This document shows positions 1 through 10,812 of a stretch of DNA of 63,201 nucleotides, piece by piece. The stretch is from Minisyncoccota bacterium (GTDB lineage: Bacteria > Patescibacteriota > Minisyncoccia > Phycocordibacterales > UBA1550). The position numbers and the translations under genes were made by a program. Under the pieces are notes generated by a model, which ran no database searches, had not been told where the DNA came from, and saw only the letters and a program-made list of their open reading frames with translations. The DNA lies in NCBI GenBank assembly GCA_028712595.1, contig JAQTPS010000002.1, positions 1 through 63,201 on the forward strand, read 5' to 3'. Each line of letters begins with the position of its first letter. Position 1 is the first letter of the stretch.

Positions 1-1629
<1,629 letters not shown>

Positions 1630-1677
1630 AGAAAGACCATTGTACCACAACAAGGCAAAAACTGCATTTAATACAAC

Positions 1678-1706
1678 TTGTAAAAACTGCGTAGATGTGT
1701 CATAAT
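1678..1706 (+). promoter_or_regulatory. sigma70-like promoter, -35 TTGTAA / 17 nt / -10 CATAAT, 9 nt before ATG 1716
   Basis: Hexamers read directly at 1678-1683 and 1701-1706. Confidence 0.4.
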
Positions 1707-1715
1707 CACAAAACT

Positions 1716-2435
1716 ATGGAATCAGTACCCCTCACCTTCCCGGCTAGAATTAACCGTTACCTCGCGCACAAGGGCTTTAGCACGCGCCGTGGAGCCGACG
1801 AACTCATAACCCAAGGTTTTGTCAAAATCAATGGTAAAATCGCAAAATTGGGCGATAAGGTGACTGAAACAGACGTTGTGGAGGTCTCTGAAAACGTCCT
1901 TGCAAAGAATGCCCTGCGTCATCGTTATGTTGCTTACCACAAGCCACGCGGTGTATCAACCGATGTCCAGCACGACTCTAAGTCTATATCATCCGAGCTT
2001 CCGGCGCTTCGCGGACTTTTTCCTTTAGGTCGCCTTGACAAAGATTCTCACGGTCTCATCATTTTGACCAATGATGGTCGTCTTACAGAACGCCTTCTTC
2101 ATCCTTCTCGTAATCACGAAAAAGAATACCACGTGCGTGTCAACAAACCCGTCACTGATACTTTTATCCGACACCTAGAACGAGGAATCCTCATCGAGAC
2201 CTATAAAACCAAACCGGCAAAAGCTCGTCGAAGCGGAGAAACGCTTTTTAATATTACTTTGACCGAAGGTAAGAAACATCAGATTCGCCGAATGTGCACG
2301 GCTGAAGGTTACAATGTAGAAGAACTTACGCGTATTCGAATAATGAATGTAAAATTGGACGACTTGAAAGAAGGTGCTTATCGGAACATCGAAGGTGAGG
2401 AACTTCTAACTTTTCTAAAAACTATAGGATTGTAA
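1716..2435 (+). CDS. rRNA pseudouridine synthase, RsuA/RluB family (S4 domain + PseudoU_synth_2)
   Basis: ORF 1695..2435. RINRYLAHKGFSTRRGADELI is the S4 domain; HKPRGV...GRLDKDSHGLIILTNDG is the catalytic Asp motif. The start is either 1695 or 1716; 1716 fits the promoter. Confidence 0.82.
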   Translation: MESVPLTFPARINRYLAHKGFSTRRGADELITQGFVKINGKIAKLGDKVTETDVVEVSENVLAKNALRHRYVAYHKPRGVSTDVQHDSKSISSELPALRGLFPLGRLDKDSHGLIILTNDGRLTERLLHPSRNHEKEYHVRVNKPVTDTFIRHLERGILIETYKTKPAKARRSGETLFNITLTEGKKHQIRRMCTAEGYNVEELTRIRIMNVKLDDLKEGAYRNIEGEELLTFLKTIGL

Positions 2436-2440
2436 TTCTA

Positions 2441-2785
2441 CTAAAAATGGCGGGAAAAAAGAATCACGCCGATAACCAGAGCTCCAATAGCAACCACGAG
2501 TACGAAACCCGAAGTAATATCTTTAATCTTTCCAATCAAAGGATCTGTTTTGGGCTCTACCTTGTTGCACAAATCTTCAATGGCTGTGTTTATCATCTCT
2601 GCCGACAAAACCGCAACAATACAATTTATTAGAATAATCCATTCAAGAAAATTAATTTTTAGATAAATTCCAAGCGCGATAACCGCAATGGTGACCCAAA
2701 CTTGAATACGAAAACTAGCTTCTTCTAGCCACACGGTATAAATACCATTTATTGCATACAAAAAACTTTTAATTAATCTTTTCAT
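2441..2785 (-). CDS. dgkA: diacylglycerol / undecaprenol kinase (DgkA family)
   Basis: 114-aa protein with 3 TM segments. Motifs SFRIQ and SAEMINTAIEDLCNKV. Overlaps the upstream gene's stop by 4 nt. Confidence 0.8.
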   Translation of the reverse strand: MKRLIKSFLYAINGIYTVWLEEASFRIQVWVTIAVIALGIYLKINFLEWIILINCIVAVLSAEMINTAIEDLCNKVEPKTDPLIGKIKDITSGFVLVVAIGALVIGVILFSRHF

Positions 2786-4902
2786 TTGGGTTGTTTAAGT
2801 GAAATTATATAAAAATTGCCATCTGTAAAAAATGTGTCTCCAGCAAAATTCGTACCCATTGCCGATTTAACAGATTGCTCTTTTTTGAAACTAAGCACAA
2901 GGTTGTTTTTTTGCAAATCAGAAAACAAAAATTCTCGTTCCACATCTATTGCAGGGTCTATTTTATGAGCAATCAGAGATTTAATGCCGATATCCAAGCT
3001 AGCGGTTCCTACGTAAATACTTGCCCCGTCTTTTGTTTGGAAGTCCGTTTTCCAAAACCGCGCATGATGACGTTCGCGGACAGTCATTGCTTCTGTTGGT
3101 TTTTCAAAACCAAAGTCGTGGGTTTTAGCATTCCAAAATGAAGGTGTCATCGGAGCGGTAGTGTAGTTTTCGTTGTAGAATACTCGTTTTGCCAAGATTG
3201 CCATTGAAACAATGTTTGGCTCTTCCGCGAGGAACCATCCTGCTTTTTGCATTGCATTGATCAACTCTTGGTCACTACCGGCAACCAGAATCACATTAAG
3301 AGGTTCTTGTTTGTTGCCAACCAAAGTCTCTGTATAACGAGGTAACTGATAACTTTGAAAAGCACTATCTACGCTTTCCACAACGATTTCTTTTGGAGCT
3401 TCTTTAAGAATAATGGGGATGGGACGATATAAGTAAGAAAAAGTTGCGTAAAAGAAAATTCCGGAAAAAAGTAGGGCTACGGAGAGGAGTTTGATGTGTC
3501 CCACAGGGACAAAAGGTAATTCTTTTTTTGTTCGTTCTTTTGCGATGAGCCACTCGGCAATACCGACCCCGATAATCAACCACAGAAATCCAAGCAAATA
3601 TCCTCCCCATACGTCGCTCAAGAAATGAACGCCGAGATAAAGCCGGCTAAATCCGATTCCAAAAATAATCAATATACCCCAGAACAGAATATTGGTTTTT
3701 TGTTTCCAGCCATGTCGATTTCTATATAGTATGTAAGTAATAAAACCATAAAATGCGACTGCGGTTATGGCATGTACGCTTGGAAACGAAAAAGATTGTT
3801 CCACATAAATTGCAACTTCAGGGCGAGGTCTATGAAATATTATTTTAGTAATAAACCCGGCAAAACAACTACCCGCCAGGGTTATATACATTGGAATAAT
3901 ATAAGCTCTCTTTCCCCATACCAACAAAAGAAGTGATGCAATTGCGCAAAAAATGCCGACCACCTGCCATTTTCCCAAAACAGTTATCCATAAGAAAAAA
4001 CTCGTCAATTCGGGGGCTCGAAAAATTACCAGCAAATTTTCTATTCGTATATCTGACGAAACAACCGGGTCCGACAAAAGTACATTTTGAATAACACCAA
4101 AAAACAGAAAGGATACATATGCAAAAGTGACGGCAAAGAACGTAAGTGGCCTCCCAGAGAGTTGGTCTTTGAGGAAACGTTTCTTCAAAAAACCAAAAAA
4201 GGACGGGTGTTTTTTGATAAAAAGCTGAACCTCTGGGTCAGTGAGGATGGCATCTACGACGGAAGAGAATATCGAACCAATAAACAAAAAGAGGGGCTTG
4301 CTCTTTTTCACCATGAGCCAGATTAAAAATACAAAGAAACAAACCACTATTACCACAACGCTTGCGCGAGTAAGCCATTTTTCTATGCCAACAGAGCCGA
4401 GAGTGCCTCCGAAAAAATATCCCAGCAAAACACTTCCGGGAGCCCACAGTAAAGCGCTCAAAATAATCCACTTAATGAAAGTTTTCCGATCCATCCGTGT
4501 AAGTCCAGCAACAAACGGAATGACAGCTCTAGTCACTCCAGCGAATCGCGCCAACAAAATACTTTTATCACCATGAAGAGCAAAAAACTTTTTGCCCTGC
4601 TCTAAATGAGCCAACTTCAAAAATTTATTCTCGTGCTTAAAAAATTTTGTTCCTTTGGTGCCAAAATAATAGCTTATGGAATCACCAAAAATTGAGCCTA
4701 TGGCGGCAAAAATTATAAGCAACCCGACATTCCAATACCCTTGAGACGCTAAAAAACCAGAAATTACAATAATAGTTGTTCCGGGAATTATAGCCCCAAT
4801 AAAGGCTATGGATTCAAGAAAAGAGATAACCAATATTATCAAATAGCCCCAAGAACCAAGGTACTCAAATATTGGCAAAAAATTGTTAATGAGATTATGC
4901 AT
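2782..4902 (-). CDS. three-domain membrane fusion: DedA (SNARE-associated) + PAP2 lipid-phosphate phosphatase + LssY-like C-terminal domain
   Basis: 706 aa. N-terminus: FLESIAFIGAIIPG...GDSISYYFG...LARFAGVTRAVIPFVAG (DedA). Middle: KIIFHRPRP / FPSVHA / SRLYLGVHFLSDV (PAP2 motifs C1-C3). C-terminus: NVILVAGSDQEL...RHHARFWKT...GTASLD (LssY_C-like). Confidence 0.75.
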   Translation of the reverse strand: MHNLINNFLPIFEYLGSWGYLIILVISFLESIAFIGAIIPGTTIIVISGFLASQGYWNVGLLIIFAAIGSIFGDSISYYFGTKGTKFFKHENKFLKLAHLEQGKKFFALHGDKSILLARFAGVTRAVIPFVAGLTRMDRKTFIKWIILSALLWAPGSVLLGYFFGGTLGSVGIEKWLTRASVVVIVVCFFVFLIWLMVKKSKPLFLFIGSIFSSVVDAILTDPEVQLFIKKHPSFFGFLKKRFLKDQLSGRPLTFFAVTFAYVSFLFFGVIQNVLLSDPVVSSDIRIENLLVIFRAPELTSFFLWITVLGKWQVVGIFCAIASLLLLVWGKRAYIIPMYITLAGSCFAGFITKIIFHRPRPEVAIYVEQSFSFPSVHAITAVAFYGFITYILYRNRHGWKQKTNILFWGILIIFGIGFSRLYLGVHFLSDVWGGYLLGFLWLIIGVGIAEWLIAKERTKKELPFVPVGHIKLLSVALLFSGIFFYATFSYLYRPIPIILKEAPKEIVVESVDSAFQSYQLPRYTETLVGNKQEPLNVILVAGSDQELINAMQKAGWFLAEEPNIVSMAILAKRVFYNENYTTAPMTPSFWNAKTHDFGFEKPTEAMTVRERHHARFWKTDFQTKDGASIYVGTASLDIGIKSLIAHKIDPAIDVEREFLFSDLQKNNLVLSFKKEQSVKSAMGTNFAGDTFFTDGNFYIISLKQPK

Positions 4903-4954
4903 AACGAACAGACTGAACTATTTAGAGCATTGTAACATAACAACACTTCCCAAC

Positions 4955-4990
4955 AAAAAACCGCCGAGCACCATTTCTGGCGCTCGGCGG
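4955..4990 (-). terminator. rho-independent terminator after csp
   Basis: 9-bp GC stem ccgccgagc/gctcggcgg (4961-4969 / 4982-4990), followed on the minus strand by T6. Confidence 0.65.
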
Positions 4991-5006
4991 TTTTAAGCTA
5001 AGCGTA

Positions 5007-5204
5007 TTAAACGCGTGTTACGTTCTTTGCGCTAGGACCCTTCTGGTCCTGGACAACGTCAAAAGTAACTTTGTCGCCTGTCTTGAGGTCGTCAAATGCT
5101 ACTCCGACCAAGTCCTTTGAGTGAAAGAAAAGATCCTTTGCTTCGCCTTCGCGAGAAATGAATCCAAATCCTCTCTCTGTGAGTGTCTTGATTGTTCCTG
5201 TCAT
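5007..5204 (-). CDS. csp: cold-shock protein (CspA family)
   Basis: 65 aa. GTIKTLTERGFGFISREG...DLFFHSKDL contains the RNP1/RNP2 motifs. Confidence 0.93.
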   Translation of the reverse strand: MTGTIKTLTERGFGFISREGEAKDLFFHSKDLVGVAFDDLKTGDKVTFDVVQDQKGPSAKNVTRV

Positions 5205-5271
5205 ATTTTTCTAATTTTTTTGTTATTTTCTGCTTTTACTTCGAAACTCGACTCCATTTTTTAGTGCCCAT

Positions 5272-5300
5272 ATAATAGCATGATACTGAAAAAATTGCAA
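5272..5300 (-). promoter_or_regulatory. csp promoter, -35 TTGCAA / 17 nt / -10 TATTAT, giving a 5' UTR of about 60 nt
   Basis: Hexamers read on the minus strand (5295-5300 and 5272-5277). A long leader is typical of csp genes. Confidence 0.5.
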
Positions 5301-5317
5301 GGGGGCCGATGGGAGTT

Positions 5318-6787
5318 TTATTTCCTTTTCTTTGTAATACTAATTCCAAGCTCTTTTAATTGTGTATCGCTAATGTCAGACGGCGCATTCATCATAAGGT
5401 CTCTTCCCTCTCCGGTTTTTGGAAATGCAATCACTTCGCGAATATTTGGCTCTCCGGTCAAGAGCGTGACAAAACGATCGAGTCCCCATGCAATACCTCC
5501 GTGTGGAGGAGCTCCGAAAGAAAACGCATCGAGCATGTGACCAAAGTTTGATTTAATTTGTTCCTCTTTGTGTCCCATGATTTCTAGAACTTTGATGAGT
5601 GCTTTGGCTTCGTGATTACGAATACTTCCGCCACCGATTTCAAAACCGTTAAGCGCGATGTCATATTGAGTTGTCAAAATTTCGCCAATTTTTTCTTTCT
5701 TCATTAAACACTCATAGTGCTCTGGTTTTGGCGCAGAAAATGGGTTGTGTGTAAATGTCCATCCGCCTTCTTTGTCTTTCTCAAAAAATGGGAAATCCAA
5801 GACCCAGCAAAAAGCCAATAGGTTTGGGTCATTTTTGTCCTTGCGAAGGTCTGGGCGGTCGCTCCCATATTTTTCCATTGACTCCTTATAAGTAATTCTT
5901 GGGAAAGGGATTTGCTGTATTTTTTTCTCTGGAGCAAGCGTTTGAACGAGTTCAATCAAAAGTTTTTCGTTTATCGCTATAACGTCTTCCTGTTTAACGA
6001 AAGACATCTCAATATCGAGCTGAGTAAACTCTGGTTGACGATCACCTCTGGTGTCTTCATCGCGCATACAACGAGCAATTTGGAAATATTTATCTACGCC
6101 TCCAACCATAAGGAGCTGTTTGTACTGTTGGGGAGATTGAGGGAGCGCATAAAACTTTCCCGGTTCAACACGAGAAGGAACAACGTAGTCGCGTGCGCCT
6201 TCAGGGGTAGATTTTGTGAGAATAGGAGTTTCAACTTCTATAAATCCGTGCTTGGTAAGAAAATTACGAATATGAAGAATAATCGCATGACGAATGCGGA
6301 TGTTTCTTTGAAGTCGAGGACGACGAAGGTCAAGGTAGCGGTATTTTAGGCGAATTTCCTCTCCGATTTCCTGTCCGTCTGTTGTTACGTCCATGGGCGG
6401 GGTTTGCGCTTCATTAAGCACCACCATACCTGTTATTTCGACTTCTATATCGCCATTTAAGCCCTCTTTAACCATCTTTGGAGGGCGTTTGTTGACCAAT
6501 CCGGTTACTTCCAAAACCCACTCTGAACGCACCCTGCTTGCAACTTCTACTGCCTCTTTGTGGCTTGGAAGAGCAACCATTTGAACTTTGCCCGACATAT
6601 CTCGAAGATCAAGGAAGATAAGTTTGCCGTGATCGCGGCGAATATCAACCCAGCCGAAAACTTTGACTTCCTGTCCCACTTTTTCTTTCAGATCTTTGAT
6701 GTATGTTCGTTCCACCCCGTTAGAGGCAGGTCGCTGTTGTCCTTCCACATTAGATTCCATTTCTTTTTGATTGTTTTGATTTTTCAT
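5318..6787 (-). CDS. aspS: aspartyl-tRNA synthetase, bacterial type but lacking the GAD insertion domain
   Basis: ORF 5318..6829. FYALPQSPQQYKQLLMVGGVDKYFQIARCMRDEDTRGDRQPEFTQLDIEMSF (motif 2) and GGGSIRNH...FGAPPHGGIAWGLDR (motif 3). The likely ATG is at 6787 (MKNQ...). Confidence 0.9.
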   Translation of the reverse strand: MKNQNNQKEMESNVEGQQRPASNGVERTYIKDLKEKVGQEVKVFGWVDIRRDHGKLIFLDLRDMSGKVQMVALPSHKEAVEVASRVRSEWVLEVTGLVNKRPPKMVKEGLNGDIEVEITGMVVLNEAQTPPMDVTTDGQEIGEEIRLKYRYLDLRRPRLQRNIRIRHAIILHIRNFLTKHGFIEVETPILTKSTPEGARDYVVPSRVEPGKFYALPQSPQQYKQLLMVGGVDKYFQIARCMRDEDTRGDRQPEFTQLDIEMSFVKQEDVIAINEKLLIELVQTLAPEKKIQQIPFPRITYKESMEKYGSDRPDLRKDKNDPNLLAFCWVLDFPFFEKDKEGGWTFTHNPFSAPKPEHYECLMKKEKIGEILTTQYDIALNGFEIGGGSIRNHEAKALIKVLEIMGHKEEQIKSNFGHMLDAFSFGAPPHGGIAWGLDRFVTLLTGEPNIREVIAFPKTGEGRDLMMNAPSDISDTQLKELGISITKKRK

Positions 6788-6838
6788 TTTGTTTGTATTT
6801 AAGTGACCGCGGCCTCTAACGGGGTCCATAAATTTTTA

Positions 6839-7804
6839 TTAAATTAATCCAACTTTCTCGCGCACTTCTTTCATCATCTTTTTTGCTTCTTTGCGCACCA
6901 CTTCCCCGCCGTCTCGCAAAATTTTCAAAACCGCATCGGGGTCTTTTGCGATTTCTTCGCGACGTTTACGCATTGGACCAATAAATGCTTTCATTCTTTC
7001 AACCAAAATATCTTTTGATTCTTTGTAACCGATTGTTCCAGATAGATATCGCTTTTTAAGCTCCGGCAAATCTTTACCGCCCAAAAGCTCGTGGAAGGCA
7101 AAAACATTGCATTTCGTTGGGTCTTTTGGCTCGTTGACGCTTTTTGAGTCCGTAGGAATGCTCATCACGGCTTTCTTGATTTCCTCGTCGCTCGCGAAAA
7201 GACCTATACCATTTCCGTAACTTTTGCTCATCTTGCGACCATCGGTTCCAATAACGGTTTTTACTTCATCCAAAATGATAGGTTCTGGTACTTTGAATGT
7301 GTTCCCAAAAATACGGTTAAATTTTTGCGCAGTGTCACGTGCTATTTCCACGTGCTGTTTTTGGTCTTGACCAACAGGCACGACGTCAGAACCGTAGATT
7401 AAAATATCTGCAGCCATAAGAATCGGATAGTCGAAGAGTCCGACATTCACTTCTTTATTTTTTGCCTCGGCGTCTTTGAACGCGTGAGCGCGCATCAAGT
7501 ACGGTACTGTGGTGATGTTATTAAAAATCCAAGCAAGTTCTGTCACTTCCGGCACATCGGACTGTAAAAAGAGAGTCGTCTTTTTTGGGTCAAGACCTAT
7601 AGCCAGAAAATCCATCGCAATTTCAAGCGAAAGCTTGCGAAGAAGTTCGCTATTAGCGACACTCGTCAAAGCATGATAGTTTGCGATAAAAATGAACGAG
7701 CGATACTTGTCTTGGAAATCAACAAATTGACGCATAGCGCCAAAATAGTTCCCAATATGAAGCTCGCCTGTCGGCTTTATTCCCGAAAGAAGTGTTTTTT
7801 GCAT
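6839..7804 (-). CDS. trpS: tryptophanyl-tRNA synthetase
   Basis: 321 aa. GIKPTGELHIGNYFGA (HIGH-type motif) and KMSKS are both present. Confidence 0.93.
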   Translation of the reverse strand: MQKTLLSGIKPTGELHIGNYFGAMRQFVDFQDKYRSFIFIANYHALTSVANSELLRKLSLEIAMDFLAIGLDPKKTTLFLQSDVPEVTELAWIFNNITTVPYLMRAHAFKDAEAKNKEVNVGLFDYPILMAADILIYGSDVVPVGQDQKQHVEIARDTAQKFNRIFGNTFKVPEPIILDEVKTVIGTDGRKMSKSYGNGIGLFASDEEIKKAVMSIPTDSKSVNEPKDPTKCNVFAFHELLGGKDLPELKKRYLSGTIGYKESKDILVERMKAFIGPMRKRREEIAKDPDAVLKILRDGGEVVRKEAKKMMKEVREKVGLI

Positions 7805-7852
7805 TTCTCTATAGTACCAGAAAACTAGCGTTTTTTAAAGAGTTGCTTCTAC

Positions 7853-9499
7853 TTAAGCATTTTTTGCGTTGAGTTCAATAAAGAATGTTGAGCCCTTGCC
7901 TTCACCTTCTGATTCTACCCAAACTTTACCGTTGTTGGCTTCTATCATTTTCTTCGCAACAAAGAGTCCGAGCCCTGTACCGCTGACATTGGTCTTGCTT
8001 GCATCTTTTGCTCGACTAAATTTAGCAAAAAGTCTCGGCAAGGTTTCTTTGGAGATGCCTATGCCCGTATCTTTCACGGAAACCGTTATCTTCCCATTCT
8101 TTCGTTCCACACGAACTTTCACGCCACCCTTTGGCGTATATTTTATTGAATTGTCCAAAAAGTTTCCAACGATTTGTTTTATTTTCCCAACATCTCCATT
8201 GACCATGAAATCCTTGTCATCGCTATTGCTAAATTCATACACCTCAAAACCTTTCTTTTCAGCATTCGGGCGAAGCTCATTAAAGACCTCAAGCACAAGC
8301 TCTTTGAAGTCAAAATCAGAGAATGTATATTTCATCCCACCCTGCTCGATGCGCGAAATATCAAGGAATTCGCCGACAATCCTAATGAGACTCTTTGAGG
8401 ATTGGTCCATAATTTCGATTGAGTTTTTTACTTCATCTGAAATTGGACCAAATGTTCCTTCCAGAAGCATGGATGCATAGCCATTTATTGCAGTAAGTGG
8501 TGACCTTAGCTGATGTGAAGCAAACGACAAGAATTCTGATTTCAAAAGGTCAAGATCGCGGAGTTTGTTGTTTACTCGTAGCAATTCTTCCGCAAGTCTT
8601 TCAATTTTTTGACGTGCCTTAACTTCCCTCTGGTCACTTCTTATTAAAAGGATTGCAAACCCCAACGACAAGAGAAAAGTAATAACAGTCAATACTTTGT
8701 TGGTACTATTTTCAATAAAGAAAAATTGCGAACCCACCATGATAATAAGTAAATACGCAAGAAGTTGTGTTCCAATTAATCTTAGATTAAATGTCTCTAG
8801 GTTAACAATAGAGTATATAATCATGAACAGGAACAGAGGCAAGACAAACAAGCTATATAAATTAATCTCGTATATGCCCGTTGTGCTTGAAATATATTCC
8901 GTCACAGAAAAAACGGTAAAAAAAAGTAGCATCGCAAAACCTACAATAACAACTTGTTTCCTTTTTGCCACATTACCTTTTATAAATTTCAAAACCCCAT
9001 AAAAAACAATTAAAATGGTTGAAATAATCTCAACCACAAGTTTGTATTGTGTTAACCATTCGTTATTAAAAGATTCGCACAGTGGTTGATCAAATCCGTG
9101 TATCGACTGACCAGAAATTGTTAGCCACCATGAGGGCAATAATAAAATGAACAAAAATAATTTTTGCCATATTGATATATCCTCCTCATTGAGAAATACA
9201 ACAAAGAAGTAAACTCCGGAAAGGAAAAAGAGGATATTTATATAGTCTAGGGGTGCCCAAACAAAGGAGATAAGATTGTAATCTGAAGATATCCAGACAA
9301 GCAAATCACTAATCAGCCATAAAGAAAACCCGGCAACAAACACAGAGAAAATTTTTGCTATTAGAGAAAATCTTGTTTTAGTCAAAGTAAAGAAAACCAA
9401 GATCAGCGCGATAACGACAGGAATAAGGTGAGAATAGTAGATCAAAGAGAAAAACCCTGGGTCTACGCTATTTGCAAATTCAATACAAGTATTTTGCAT
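7853..9499 (-). CDS. sensor histidine kinase with a multi-pass membrane N-terminal domain
   Basis: 548 aa. About 8 TM helices, then a coiled coil, FLSFASHQLRSPLT (H-box), and the N, G1 and G2 boxes (NSIKYTP, DTGIGI, GTGLGL). Confidence 0.87.
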   Translation of the reverse strand: MQNTCIEFANSVDPGFFSLIYYSHLIPVVIALILVFFTLTKTRFSLIAKIFSVFVAGFSLWLISDLLVWISSDYNLISFVWAPLDYINILFFLSGVYFFVVFLNEEDISIWQKLFLFILLLPSWWLTISGQSIHGFDQPLCESFNNEWLTQYKLVVEIISTILIVFYGVLKFIKGNVAKRKQVVIVGFAMLLFFTVFSVTEYISSTTGIYEINLYSLFVLPLFLFMIIYSIVNLETFNLRLIGTQLLAYLLIIMVGSQFFFIENSTNKVLTVITFLLSLGFAILLIRSDQREVKARQKIERLAEELLRVNNKLRDLDLLKSEFLSFASHQLRSPLTAINGYASMLLEGTFGPISDEVKNSIEIMDQSSKSLIRIVGEFLDISRIEQGGMKYTFSDFDFKELVLEVFNELRPNAEKKGFEVYEFSNSDDKDFMVNGDVGKIKQIVGNFLDNSIKYTPKGGVKVRVERKNGKITVSVKDTGIGISKETLPRLFAKFSRAKDASKTNVSGTGLGLFVAKKMIEANNGKVWVESEGEGKGSTFFIELNAKNA

Positions 9500-9502
9500 A
9501 TA

Positions 9503-10342
9503 TTAAAATATACCACTTTTTTTTAATTTTTTATCAACAACCTTAAGAATCTCCGGATGGTGGAACATCCAGAACAAATCTCCATTTGCATCATTTGGTT
9601 CAAGCGCTACAATTAGAGGTTTTTTTCCATTTTTTTTCCATACTTCTATAAATGAAGGAAGGAATTTTTTTTCTATAAATTCCAATTCATCCCCCTTAAG
9701 TACAAAGTCTTCAAATAAAATGCCATTTCTTACAAAAAAAGCTAGAACCCTACAATAGTATTCCTTGATACTACCTGGTTGTGCACGAAGCCATTCAGAA
9801 GCATCAAAAATATATTTAGTACTGTTCGGGAAAACCCTCTCAAGAAGTTGATGGTGAAAATCAACCAGCGGTTGACCCCAAACAGTAACAACCTCTTTAA
9901 TCTTCATCCCATCGCTTTCAGCAAAATTAATAACATTCCTTGATTCCATTTTTATATGAGCTTTTTTCCCTATTCCCTCCTGAAATCTCATTTTGCCCAA
10001 AGAGTTCTTGAGGGGGTTATTAGAAGTAAACTTGTCTTCGTGGTATTCCAAAAATACGGGGTTCACATTAAAAACATCCGGTACATTCATAAAACGTCGT
10101 AATTCATAATTTGGCGTAAAAAGTTGTCTCAAAAGTACCGCATTAAAACCGCCTGCAAGCAACGCTGGAACATCTCCACCAAGATAAGCACGTAACTCCT
10201 TCTCCAACTTTTTATTCTTCCAACGCCTTGGCAATTCTTCCATGGCATCCAAGAGGGGTGTGTACACAAACTCACAAAAAGCTTTTTTGTCAGATATCAA
10301 TTGTTTTATATCAACATTCTCTAAATTAACAACTTTTTTCAT
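9503..10342 (-). CDS. hypothetical cytoplasmic protein (279 aa), no recognisable domain
   Basis: Long ORF with no competing frame. Its stop lies 3 nt before the kinase start. Confidence 0.5.
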   Translation of the reverse strand: MKKVVNLENVDIKQLISDKKAFCEFVYTPLLDAMEELPRRWKNKKLEKELRAYLGGDVPALLAGGFNAVLLRQLFTPNYELRRFMNVPDVFNVNPVFLEYHEDKFTSNNPLKNSLGKMRFQEGIGKKAHIKMESRNVINFAESDGMKIKEVVTVWGQPLVDFHHQLLERVFPNSTKYIFDASEWLRAQPGSIKEYYCRVLAFFVRNGILFEDFVLKGDELEFIEKKFLPSFIEVWKKNGKKPLIVALEPNDANGDLFWMFHHPEILKVVDKKLKKSGIF

Positions 10343-10358
10343 ACAGAATTAATCTCTT

Positions 10359-10724
10359 TTACTGTTGCGAATCTGGAAATACAGTGCAAGTATCTTCGGC
10401 TGAAATGCCACACTCAATAGGTTCACACTTTATTGTTCCGCCTGAACATTTTTCTCCACAAGAGTTATCTGAGCATTTCGTGAAATCATAAGCTTTAATA
10501 TAATATTTTTTGTACACAGAAAGACCGCCTGGTGGACAATCGTCGGGGTTGGTACAATCTCTATAAAAACAATTATCCAGTGCTGGGTCGCACTCTACTT
10601 CAATAAGATAATTATAATCTTTGGTGTAATAGTATTTATAAAAACTAAAGGCAACAGGAAGCGCTAATACTACGAAAAAAAATAATCCAAATATCCACCT
10701 CTTTAAAGCTTTTGAAATAAACAT
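10359..10724 (-). CDS. small membrane-anchored Cys-rich protein
   Basis: ORF 10359..10775; the first ATG is at 10724. One N-terminal TM segment, then 12 Cys in about 85 residues (CDPALDNCFYRDCTNPDDC...CSDNSCGEKCSGGTIKCEPIEC). Confidence 0.5.
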   Translation of the reverse strand: MFISKALKRWIFGLFFFVVLALPVAFSFYKYYYTKDYNYLIEVECDPALDNCFYRDCTNPDDCPPGGLSVYKKYYIKAYDFTKCSDNSCGEKCSGGTIKCEPIECGISAEDTCTVFPDSQQ

Positions 10725-10773
10725 CACATTGAATTGTACCACATCAACACTAAAAATCAAGAACAATACTAAC

Positions 10774-10809
10774 AAAAAACTTGTAGATAAAATTTAATTT
10801 ATCTACAAG
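10774..10809 (-). terminator. rho-independent terminator
   Basis: 12-bp stem cttgtagataaa/tttatctacaag (10780-10809), followed on the minus strand by T6. Confidence 0.55.
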
Positions 10810-10812
10810 CTT

